Source: Planctomycetota bacterium (GTDB lineage: Bacteria > Planctomycetota > UBA1135). Taken from it: 46,180 nucleotides of DNA. The notes beneath the pieces were generated by a model that saw nothing but the letters and a program-made list of their open reading frames with translations, did no database searches and was not told the DNA's origin. The position numbers and the translations under genes are program-made. Location: the NCBI GenBank assembly GCA_045047305.1, contig JASFYO010000035.1, positions 1-46,180 on the forward strand. Direction: 5' to 3'. Below, piece by piece: positions 30,066-38,483 of the stretch; position 1 is the stretch's first letter, and every line of letters starts with the position of its first letter.

Positions 30066-31542
30066 TCCGCCGCTTTTGTCTTCAAGGCAAAGAGGGTCTG
30101 TCCTATTGATGACCCTCCTGGTAACGGGGTTAATGGCAACCATGGCATTATCCTTTGCCTCCTCCATGGGTACCCAAATCCAAATCGCGCGCGACCAAGC
30201 TGCAACTCTCCACGCCGACTTGGCTGCGCAATCCGGTTTGGAATATGCGCAACGACGCTTGCTCATCGACCCCCTCTGGGATGGCACTTTCAACGGTCCA
30301 CTGCTCTATGCCGAAGGCACCACTTTCACCATCGTGCGCAAGGCAGGCAAAGCATCTGTCATCATGCCCTCCGAAGTTTCTCTTATCGTCGAGGGAAACC
30401 AATCCGCATCTCGTGCGCGCTTTGAGACGATGCTTTATGTGAATCCAGGCGACCCCCTGCTAGACAAAGCGGTTTCGATTTTGGGCAATGTTACCGGGTC
30501 AAATATTAAAATTGACGGCGACTACCTCATTTTGGATGCCAAAGGTTGGCTGTGGGACTTCCGTATTGATCTCATCCCTGAAGTACAAACCGACCCTCGA
30601 TTGACGCGTACCGAGAAAAGGGATGTACAAGTCAAATTAGATGCCCTGGCCGTCACCGAAAAAGGAAACACTGCGGAAGTAAGTGAACACTTGGATGACC
30701 ACGGTGAACAAGGTCATAGTGACATTTCCGGAGTCATGGAATCCGTTTCTGTGAAGGACTCCGGAGAAAAAGTTAGTAGCTCTGTGACCGCATCCATTGA
30801 AGAACTATTACTCCATATTCGCAAGACCAATTACCTGATTGAAGGTGTATGGGCGCGTAGTGCCAAAGGTGAGGAAACCTTTATTGCTCTCGATCGCCTC
30901 GATGCACCAGGGGCCCTCCACAACTTCAGTCAAACCCTTTACTCCTGGGCAGAAAAGCAGATTCAGGAGAAGCAACCGGTACATGCACCTGGATGGGATT
31001 TCAGCGACTACTTGATACCCCATTCAAAAATTCGAATCTTTGATCACATTACCCAAGTCCAAGATTTAGACATCGAAGAGACCGCGATATTTTTATTGAA
31101 TGAGGGTGATCAACTCAATCTCAAAAATGTCCACTTCCACGGTGGCCTAGTGGTTTGGGTAGAAAATGAATACGACTACACCGGGGCGCCCAGAAATCCA
31201 GTACTCCTTTCAGGATCCAACTCCTTCGGCGGCGGCAGCGGTGGCTTAAACAATATCGGCATTTTGGCGCCCGGCAGTAGCTTAGAGGTAGAAAAACTAG
31301 GGGCTGCCCCTAACCTAATCGAGGGATACAGCGTCATCCATTCGCTAACCAAGGTGCGCCGCCTACAGCACCTCGGCGTTTTGATTATTCTCAACTCCGC
31401 CACCGATGTTTTTGACTCAAGTTTCACTTTCGATCCAGTGATTTCGGCATCACCTCCAGAAAGCATTCTCTTTTTTGGAGATCTACCTGGAGTACGCGTA
31501 GCGCAAGTGATTGAGTCATTTGACGCATTACCTGCGCTTTAA
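30055..31542 (+). CDS. PilX/GspK-like large minor pilin, paralog 1
   Basis: QRG|SVLLMTLLV (no Glu5, as in PilX); AAQSGLEYAQRRL. Confidence 0.78.
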   Translation: MMCDPPLLSSRQRGSVLLMTLLVTGLMATMALSFASSMGTQIQIARDQAATLHADLAAQSGLEYAQRRLLIDPLWDGTFNGPLLYAEGTTFTIVRKAGKASVIMPSEVSLIVEGNQSASRARFETMLYVNPGDPLLDKAVSILGNVTGSNIKIDGDYLILDAKGWLWDFRIDLIPEVQTDPRLTRTEKRDVQVKLDALAVTEKGNTAEVSEHLDDHGEQGHSDISGVMESVSVKDSGEKVSSSVTASIEELLLHIRKTNYLIEGVWARSAKGEETFIALDRLDAPGALHNFSQTLYSWAEKQIQEKQPVHAPGWDFSDYLIPHSKIRIFDHITQVQDLDIEETAIFLLNEGDQLNLKNVHFHGGLVVWVENEYDYTGAPRNPVLLSGSNSFGGGSGGLNNIGILAPGSSLEVEKLGAAPNLIEGYSVIHSLTKVRRLQHLGVLIILNSATDVFDSSFTFDPVISASPPESILFFGDLPGVRVAQVIESFDALPAL

Positions 31543-31559
31543 TAAATTTCCTTCCCTTT

Positions 31560-31591
31560 GGGTCGGCGGCTTCGGTCGTCGGCCCTTTTTT
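31560..31591 (+). terminator. Rho-independent terminator ending the pilM-pilX1 operon
   Basis: GGGTCGGCGGC-TTCG-GTCGTCGGCCC 11-bp stem (with G:U pairs), cUUCGg loop, then TTTTTT. Confidence 0.88.
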
Positions 31592-31592
31592 G

Positions 31593-31619
31593 TTTAGTCC
31601 CCCGTTTCGCGTCCGTTAA
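31593..31619 (+). promoter_or_regulatory. Putative sigma28-type promoter for PilX paralog 2
   Basis: TTTAGTCC-N11-TCCGTTAA(GGGT), immediately after the terminator; shares CCGTTAAGGGT exactly with the pilin promoter. Confidence 0.72.
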
Positions 31620-31643
31620 GGGTGAAATCGTCATTTTCTAAAA

Positions 31644-33197
31644 ATGAAACAATCACCCAGAACTCGAAATAAAGCGTCAAAGGGCTCCGTCCTTTTGCTC
31701 GTGATTCTAGTGACCAGCCTACTCGCGGCGGTCTCAGCATCCTTCTATTCCAGCGTAGAATCCACCATCATGGTTACCCGCGGCGACATCGGATCCATCT
31801 CTGCCGAGTTTGCAGCAGAGTCTGGCTTGGAATACGCACAACGAAGAATCATGATGGACCCAACCTGGAGCGGCACGGGGGCAAACGGATTCACCTTCCC
31901 TGACGGGGAAACGTCCTTCGTGATTAGCGCGACTTATGATGGCTCCTACAGCAAGAATGACGACGATGATGATGGTGATGATGACGTGTATGACGACGAT
32001 GATGACGGCGACGGCGACAACGGCGACGATGACCACGATGGCGACCACAGCGATGGCGACCACAACGGTGATGACGGCGGCGACCATGACGATGGCGGTG
32101 ATCATGACGATGGCGGTGACCATGATGATGGCGGTGACCATGATGACGATGACCACGATGGCGACCACAGCGGTGATGACGATGGTGGCCATGACGACGG
32201 CGGCGACCATGATGATGGCGGTGATCATGATGATGGCGGTGATCATGACGACGGCGGCGACCATGACGATGGCGGCGATGATGGAGTCTGGTTTGTTCAC
32301 ACTCTCGAGATTTCTGGGAGCAAAGGCGACGCTCGGTCCCAGATTGGAAGTGCCATCAATGTGTTCACTGGCGAAGGCGGGAAAGCTAACTACGCACTAA
32401 TATTCCTCGGCGACGACTTTGCAATGAACGCTGGTTCCATCCAGGGCGATGCCTTGATTACTGACCTTGGGAACCGAGCCAAAGATTGGATTATCAATTC
32501 CGATGGAGATGGAGCATTCTCGAATGGCGATTCCAATAAAAAGGGAGACATCAGCTTTCAAAACTCTGGCGTTGATGGAAATCTTTACCACTACTCCAAC
32601 TCAAAGGAACTCCAGGGCCTTGGCGAAGAAATCGTTCTCACCGATCGGGCGAAAACTCCAACCTACGCAATGGATGCCTTTTCCAGTCCAGGTCCGGGAA
32701 AAACCATCTTTACCAACGTCACCGAACTAACCGGACTTTATTTAGAAAACACTGCCGTAGTTCAACTAAGCCACGGTGAAAACCTGGTTCTCACCAACTG
32801 CACTTTGAATGGAGGGTTAGTCGTCCTGGTACCAAACGGCACGGATCTCAGAGATGGCCCGCGCAACTCGATTGAGTTGAATGGCCTAACTTCCATTGGC
32901 GGCGGAGACGGAGGCGCAGAAGCAAACATTGGCCTACTCGCTCCTGGCTGCAGCTTGAGAGTGGATCAAACTGGGGCAACCATCACCGGCTTTAGTTACT
33001 TAAACCAGATTGATTCGGCCTGGCTCACTGACTTTACTGGCCAGCTTGTAGTCTTAAACAAGATCCAGGATTTCAATGACAGCAATGTTGTTTTTGATGC
33101 GAACATCGCGGCGAATCTCCCAAGCAGCATTAGCCTGGACGGAGCGCGGGGCCACACTGACGTGCTTGAGGTGTTCGAAGATTTCTACACTGAATAG
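31644..33197 (+). CDS. PilX/GspK-like large minor pilin, paralog 2, with Asp/His/Gly-rich insertion
   Basis: SKG|SVLLLVILV; AAESGLEYAQRRI; C-terminus VLEVFEDFY homologous to paralog 3. Confidence 0.78.
   Translation: MKQSPRTRNKASKGSVLLLVILVTSLLAAVSASFYSSVESTIMVTRGDIGSISAEFAAESGLEYAQRRIMMDPTWSGTGANGFTFPDGETSFVISATYDGSYSKNDDDDDGDDDVYDDDDDGDGDNGDDDHDGDHSDGDHNGDDGGDHDDGGDHDDGGDHDDGGDHDDDDHDGDHSGDDDGGHDDGGDHDDGGDHDDGGDHDDGGDHDDGGDDGVWFVHTLEISGSKGDARSQIGSAINVFTGEGGKANYALIFLGDDFAMNAGSIQGDALITDLGNRAKDWIINSDGDGAFSNGDSNKKGDISFQNSGVDGNLYHYSNSKELQGLGEEIVLTDRAKTPTYAMDAFSSPGPGKTIFTNVTELTGLYLENTAVVQLSHGENLVLTNCTLNGGLVVLVPNGTDLRDGPRNSIELNGLTSIGGGDGGAEANIGLLAPGCSLRVDQTGATITGFSYLNQIDSAWLTDFTGQLVVLNKIQDFNDSNVVFDANIAANLPSSISLDGARGHTDVLEVFEDFYTE
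31959..32285 (+). repeat. Coding low-complexity tandem repeat (18-nt units encoding DHDDGG, plus Asp runs)
   Basis: GAYCATGAYGAYGGCGGY units in two blocks; about 109 codons, almost all Asp/Gly/His. Confidence 0.95.
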
Positions 33198-33230
33198 AAA
33201 CGATGAAGGGACACGAGCAAAAGCTATTCC

Positions 33231-33257
33231 TCAAGCTAATGCCCCGTCGTCCGCTAA
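33231..33257 (+). promoter_or_regulatory. Putative sigma28-type promoter for PilX paralog 3
   Basis: TCAAGCTA-N11-TCCGCTAA, followed by AGAGCATGGAG (compare GGGTCATGGAG after the pilin promoter). Confidence 0.72.
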
Positions 33258-33290
33258 AGAGCATGGAGGCTGGTTGCCCTCCATGCTCTT

Positions 33291-34511
33291 ATGCTAATAA
33301 ATCAAAAGAAAAAATCAGGGAATCAAAGAGGTTCAATTCTTCTCCTAGTCATTCTCGTTACTGGACTCCTGGCGACCCTCACGGCAAGCTTTTCCGGGAC
33401 TCTCAATGACCGCATGGACGTGCAGCGCGATGAATCAGCTGCACTACGTGCCGCCTTCGCTGCCGAATCAGGCCTTGAATACGCCCAGCGACGCCTATTG
33501 CTCGATTCGACCTGGAACGGGACGGGCTCGGTTGGGCTTACTTTAAGTGATGGCCTTACTCATTTTGTCATTGCCGCTGCGCCCGACGCAAGCAGCCCCT
33601 ATGGCGATAACGTGCATGTTTTAGCAATTGAGGGCGATTACCAAGAAAGTAAATCACAACTAGGAAGCACTGTTCAAGTGTTCTCAGGCGAGGCCGGGAA
33701 TACCCAACTTACCCTGATTGCCCTTGGCGAGAATTTCAAAATGAAGCATGGCATGGTTTATGGAGACGTTCTAGTTTCTGATAAGGCAAACAAAGTGAAT
33801 GACTGGGTATTCGACGCACAAGGCGTAGGCAGCTATCAACCAGGCGGGGCTGATCTTGATGGAAGTACGATTTTCTTTTGCACTGGAGTGGATGGAACTC
33901 TCTTTAAGTTCGACGGCCTTGGAGGCGATTACCAATGGCTTGGCGACGAGGTTCTAGTCACGGAAAACAGTCAAGCACCTGCGTGGGATTTAGACGATTG
34001 GATCGTCCCAGGTCCGGGAAAAGTCATCTTCAATGGCGTCACCAGCATGAATTGGGAATACTTCGATGAGACTGCAGTTTTCATTCTTGATGCAGGCGAA
34101 AAACTTGTCCTGAATGGTTGCACCTTCGCTGGAGGCCTAGTGGTCTATTGCCCAAAGGATTACGATTTACGCCAAGGTTACCGCAACCTCATCAAGCTAA
34201 AGAACTCCACTTGCGTCGGTGGTGGCGACGGCGGCGTTGAGCCAAACATTGGCATTATTGCTCCTGGTGGCAAACTTGCTAACGATTGGAATAGCAACTG
34301 GATTTGCGGATTCAATTTTGTCAACGAAATCGGACTGCTTCGTTATGCCGAAATCTATGGACAGACCATCGTGCTCAACACGATTAGAAATATGGATGAT
34401 TGTGTCGTTTCGTACTGGGCACCAGCTGCCGAAAACCGCCCAAGCATCATCAACTTCGGCGTGGTTAGCGGATACACCGATATTCTGTCCGTCTTTGAGG
34501 ACTTTAACTAG
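33291..34511 (+). CDS. PilX/GspK-like large minor pilin, paralog 3
   Basis: QRG|SILLLVILV; AAESGLEYAQRRL; NIGIIAPG; ILSVFEDFN. Confidence 0.78.
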   Translation: MLINQKKKSGNQRGSILLLVILVTGLLATLTASFSGTLNDRMDVQRDESAALRAAFAAESGLEYAQRRLLLDSTWNGTGSVGLTLSDGLTHFVIAAAPDASSPYGDNVHVLAIEGDYQESKSQLGSTVQVFSGEAGNTQLTLIALGENFKMKHGMVYGDVLVSDKANKVNDWVFDAQGVGSYQPGGADLDGSTIFFCTGVDGTLFKFDGLGGDYQWLGDEVLVTENSQAPAWDLDDWIVPGPGKVIFNGVTSMNWEYFDETAVFILDAGEKLVLNGCTFAGGLVVYCPKDYDLRQGYRNLIKLKNSTCVGGGDGGVEPNIGIIAPGGKLANDWNSNWICGFNFVNEIGLLRYAEIYGQTIVLNTIRNMDDCVVSYWAPAAENRPSIINFGVVSGYTDILSVFEDFN

Positions 34512-34589
34512 GACCAATCCCTGACCGCCGGACTTGTGCTTCAAGGCCAGCCCCTACCTTTGAGGGCGGCCTTGCTTTACAATCTGCCC

Positions 34590-35867
34590 ATGGCGGAACC
34601 CCAGGACCCCGCAATAAGCCAGCCTTGCCCTGCTGCTGCGGCGAATAGCCTCCGCCATCGTTCAGTGCTGGAATCCAAGCACCTCGACCACCTTTTTGAG
34701 CGCAGCTTCCCTTCCTTTGGCGGCGCCTTCTTACGCCGAGTCTGGACCCTCTTGGATGAAGCCATTGGCCGCGGGATCCCCATGACCCTCTCCATCTCGG
34801 GGCCTGTCACAGCTTCTGGGCAGCACTATGCTTGGCTCAATCCACTTTTGGATTGTGGCTGGTTTGCTTATCTCTCAGTGACTGACGCCGTCTGCTACCA
34901 CGATGCACACCGCGCCCTGTCCAGCATATCGGAACAGGATTTCACCGAAGTCCCCATCTTTGGCGACGATAGTCAACTACGCGACAAGGAAATTATTCGT
35001 ATCACCGACATCGGATTCCCAGAATCCGTTCTGCTCGATACCGACACTTACCTCTGCACACTCTTGCGCTTACCAGAATTCCAGCGGCGCATGACCGGCC
35101 CTGAGTTCCGCAACCTTCTCGGCAAACACTTTGCAGCCGCAGAAACGCAGAACCAAGCACAAGAAGGCTTACTTGCCTTATGCCACCGCAAAGCAATACC
35201 AGTTTTCGTTGGTGCTCCTGCAGATGGTTCCGTGTTCCTCAATTCGACTTTGCTATGGGCCCTAAAGGATGCCTGTGGCGACGCCTACGCTTTCGATTTG
35301 GATCTCCACGGAGAAGTCCTGGAATCCTGCGCATATCACCATTGGGGCCTGTTTGAGTCCGACGCAAAGAATCTGGGCACACTAATCCTTGGTGGTGGAG
35401 TGCCCAAAAATTTCAACTTGCAGCCGGAGCCTGCATTGAGCCAGATTTTCGGATTCGACGGCATCCGCGGCTATCTCTACGATATTCAAATCACCACAGC
35501 GCCAATCACCGATGGCTCCTTGAGCAGTTGCCCACCGGCCGAGGCCGTAACTTGGGGGAAAGTAGATAAAGAAAACTATCGTAATACTACCGAAAGTTTT
35601 CACTGTGATTACTCCATTGTCATGCCCTTGCTGGCTAAAGCCTTATTAGAGAAACGTTCACGACTCGCACGACTTGCGGATGAACTTGGAATGAAAACCT
35701 TAATCCAGCGCCACCCTGAAGCCGCAGGCTACTTACGCTCCACCGAAGGCTTTCGCCTTTATGATCAACGCGATGACCTGCGCGAAACCTTGCGCCAGAA
35801 AATCCGCCAACACGCCGACCGGCTGCGTCAAGCAAGCGGCCATACCCCGAACCAACCAACAGCATGA
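34590..35867 (+). CDS. Deoxyhypusine synthase-like protein (possible homospermidine/polyamine synthase)
   Basis: PVFVGAPADGS, LGGGVPKNF, DGSLSSCPPAEAVTWGKV (catalytic Lys motif EAxxWGK). Likely start MAEPQD at 34590. Confidence 0.85.
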   Translation: MAEPQDPAISQPCPAAAANSLRHRSVLESKHLDHLFERSFPSFGGAFLRRVWTLLDEAIGRGIPMTLSISGPVTASGQHYAWLNPLLDCGWFAYLSVTDAVCYHDAHRALSSISEQDFTEVPIFGDDSQLRDKEIIRITDIGFPESVLLDTDTYLCTLLRLPEFQRRMTGPEFRNLLGKHFAAAETQNQAQEGLLALCHRKAIPVFVGAPADGSVFLNSTLLWALKDACGDAYAFDLDLHGEVLESCAYHHWGLFESDAKNLGTLILGGGVPKNFNLQPEPALSQIFGFDGIRGYLYDIQITTAPITDGSLSSCPPAEAVTWGKVDKENYRNTTESFHCDYSIVMPLLAKALLEKRSRLARLADELGMKTLIQRHPEAAGYLRSTEGFRLYDQRDDLRETLRQKIRQHADRLRQASGHTPNQPTA

Positions 35868-36589
35868 TTTCTGTCGTTGTCCCGGTATTGAATGAATCTG
35901 GAAACATCAACTCTTTGATTGATGAAATCCATGAGGCGCTTGCGCCACGTTTTGATGAATACGAAATCATCTACGTCGATGACGGCAGCACCGACCAAAC
36001 TCCTCAAGAGTTGGCGGAACGCAAAGCCCGTGATCCTAAGTTACGCATCCTGCGTCACGCGAAGGCATGTGGGCAAAGCTCAGGCGTCCGCAGCGGGGTT
36101 CGGGCGGCACGCTTTCCTTGGATAGCCACCCTCGATGGTGACGGCCAAAACCATCCAGGAGACATTCCAGCACTGTGGGATGCACGCCCAAAGGGTCTCG
36201 CTCCAGAGCAGCCTTGGCTTGCCATCGGCCATCGCGTCGACCGCCAAGACACCAACTCCAAACGCTGGGCTTCGCGTTTTGCCAACCGCCTACGGGCCCG
36301 CGTCTTACGCGATGACACCCCCGACACCGGCTGTGGCATCAAGGTTTTCTCACGCCACACCTTCCTCACCTTGCCGTGGTTCAACCACATGCATCGCTAC
36401 TTCCCAGCCCTTGTACGCCGCGCTGGTGGCACCTCCATTTCGGTTCCAGTACGTCACCGAGAACGCGGCGCGGGCAACTCCAAATACGGAGTCTGGGATC
36501 GGGCTTGGGTTGGCATTTGGGACCTTATGGGTGTACGTTGGCTCATGAAGCGTAATGCCGTTCCGGAAATTCACGAGGTCGAAGCATGA
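35864..36589 (+). CDS. GT2 polyprenol-phosphate glycosyltransferase (DPM1/ArnC-like)
   Basis: SVVVPVLNE, VDDGSTD, LDGDGQNHP, DTGCGIK, HRYFPAL, R..GNSKYG. Confidence 0.92.
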   Translation: MISVVVPVLNESGNINSLIDEIHEALAPRFDEYEIIYVDDGSTDQTPQELAERKARDPKLRILRHAKACGQSSGVRSGVRAARFPWIATLDGDGQNHPGDIPALWDARPKGLAPEQPWLAIGHRVDRQDTNSKRWASRFANRLRARVLRDDTPDTGCGIKVFSRHTFLTLPWFNHMHRYFPALVRRAGGTSISVPVRHRERGAGNSKYGVWDRAWVGIWDLMGVRWLMKRNAVPEIHEVEA

Positions 36590-36891
36590 GCTGGTGGGAA
36601 CAATTCGCCGAGAACGCTAAAAGCCCGATTGCGGTTGTAGGTTTCATCGGACAAGCTGTGTTTTTTATGCGCTTTCTGGTGCAGTGGTTGGCTTCCGAAA
36701 AGCAGCAGAAAAGCGTCATTCCAACCGCCTTTTGGTACTTCAGCATCGGCGGGGGCTTCTTATTACTGCTCTATGGAATCCTAGACCACGATCCCGTCAT
36801 CCTGATTGGTCAATCCACTGGCCTGTTGATTTACCTGCGTAACTTGCACTTTATTCGCCTGCAAAAGCAAAAAGACTTGCCGGAATCGTGA
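36586..36891 (+). CDS. Lipid A biosynthesis N-terminal domain (LAB_N) membrane protein
   Basis: GFIGQAVFFMRFLVQWLASEK..KSVIPTAFWYFSIGGG..LLLYG...DPVILIGQ..G..IYLRNL. Confidence 0.92.
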   Translation: MSWWEQFAENAKSPIAVVGFIGQAVFFMRFLVQWLASEKQQKSVIPTAFWYFSIGGGFLLLLYGILDHDPVILIGQSTGLLIYLRNLHFIRLQKQKDLPES

Positions 36892-38483
36892 AAGGTCTAG
36901 CCAGCGCCCTGCTGCTGATCCCCGTGGTGGCGATCATGGCTTTCTTCATCAAGCCTTTGTTGGTGGTGGACGAGACGCGATATTTGGCAGTCGCATGGGA
37001 GATGTGGAACCACAACAGCTTTTTGGTCCCCCATCTCAATGGCAGTACTTATGCGCATAAACCGCCATTTCTTTTCTGGTTAATGCATCTTGGTTGGAGC
37101 ATCACTGGTGTCAATGAATGGTGGCCACGCCTGCTTGCCCCCATCGCCCTGATTCTCGACACCTTGCTGCTCGTTCGGCTCAGCAAACGGATTTGGCCAA
37201 CCCAAAAGCAAACGGCATACACCGCCGGCATACTTTTCGCCGGCACGCTGTTTCCTATTTTGTTCTCTACCGGAGTCATGTTCGATTTATGGGCCACCAT
37301 GTGGGTCATCCTCGGCATCACCGCACTTTTCGACGCCCACGCCGGTGCTCCACTCAAACGCACTCTCCCACTTGCAATCCTCGCCTTAGGTTTCGGCATC
37401 GTCACCAAAGGTCCAGTACTACTGCTCTATCTCCTTCCCCCCGCCCTAGCGGCTAGACATTGGGGTGGCTGCAACTGGAAAAGAGTACTGCAAACGGGAA
37501 TCTTCGGCCTACTCGGTGGCGCTGCGCTTGCCTTATGCTGGGCCATCCCTGCCGGCATCGTGGGTGGCGAGGCCTACCGCGAGGCCATTTTCTGGGGCCA
37601 AACGGCTGGTCGGGTGCAAGATAGCTTCGACCATGCGCGGCCACTTTGGTGGTACCTTCCTCTACTACCGATTTTACTATTCCCGTGGATTTGGTGGCCA
37701 CGCAGCTATCAAGGGTGGAAGTCCTTACGCCGGCAAAGCCCGGACCTTATGCGTTTTTTATTCTGGGCTGTTGTGCCGCAATTCATAGTCTTCTCGATGA
37801 TTAGCGGTAAACAACCTCACTATCTCCTACCCATGTTTCCAGTCCTGGCACTTGCCTTTGCGCGCAACCTCCAACTGCAGCCAAAAAGTGAGAAGCGTGG
37901 CATGGCGTTGCCCATCATCCTTCCAGTTCTGCTCTGCATTGTCTTTTTCAGCTCCCCGTTATGGCTTCACCGCCTCACTGTTCCTTCGTGGCTACAAGCA
38001 GAATCTCTCATGCTCAGCGGGGGCATTCTGCTTTTCGTGCTTTTCCGAGTCTTCAATCTTGAGCGTCGCGGGGCACCACGAGTCTCCACCCTTGCTTACC
38101 TCTCTCCTGCGATTGCCATTGCCATCTTGCTTGCGCTTGGCCAAGACTTCCGCACCGATTACGACGTACGCCCAGCTTCTCTGCAAGTGGCGAAATTGCA
38201 AGAACAAGGGCACGAAGTTGGATTCCTCGACATGGAATATGCTGGCCAATTCCACTTCGCTGGACGCCTTACCAAAGCTATATCCAATCCCAGTGGACGC
38301 AAGGAGCTAATCACTTGGCTAAATCGATATCCCGATGGCTGGCTAGTCGTCGTCGTGAAGCGCGGCCGCGAGTTTCCGTATGGAATACCAAAACGGCCAC
38401 CGGAGCAATTCGGTAGCCGTTTGGTGCAGTTTTGGAGTGCGCAAGAAATGCTCCGCGCAATCGGGTTGGATTCGGATCTCTAG
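36888..38483 (+). CDS. ArnT/PMT-like (GT83/GT39) integral membrane glycosyltransferase
   Basis: DETRY..VAWEM, YAHKPPFLFW, TKGPV, HARPLWWYL, SGKQPHYLLP; many TM helices. Confidence 0.92.
   Translation: MKGLASALLLIPVVAIMAFFIKPLLVVDETRYLAVAWEMWNHNSFLVPHLNGSTYAHKPPFLFWLMHLGWSITGVNEWWPRLLAPIALILDTLLLVRLSKRIWPTQKQTAYTAGILFAGTLFPILFSTGVMFDLWATMWVILGITALFDAHAGAPLKRTLPLAILALGFGIVTKGPVLLLYLLPPALAARHWGGCNWKRVLQTGIFGLLGGAALALCWAIPAGIVGGEAYREAIFWGQTAGRVQDSFDHARPLWWYLPLLPILLFPWIWWPRSYQGWKSLRRQSPDLMRFLFWAVVPQFIVFSMISGKQPHYLLPMFPVLALAFARNLQLQPKSEKRGMALPIILPVLLCIVFFSSPLWLHRLTVPSWLQAESLMLSGGILLFVLFRVFNLERRGAPRVSTLAYLSPAIAIAILLALGQDFRTDYDVRPASLQVAKLQEQGHEVGFLDMEYAGQFHFAGRLTKAISNPSGRKELITWLNRYPDGWLVVVVKRGREFPYGIPKRPPEQFGSRLVQFWSAQEMLRAIGLDSDL

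Noticed and set aside
31959..32285. Possible CRISPR array
   Set aside because: Contiguous in-frame 18-nt coding repeats with no unique spacers and no cas genes.
31734..32400. Ile/Val/Ala-rich antisense ORF and Met/Thr-rich alternate-frame ORF
   Set aside because: Both are by-products of the GAY/GGY/CAY repeat in PilX-2.
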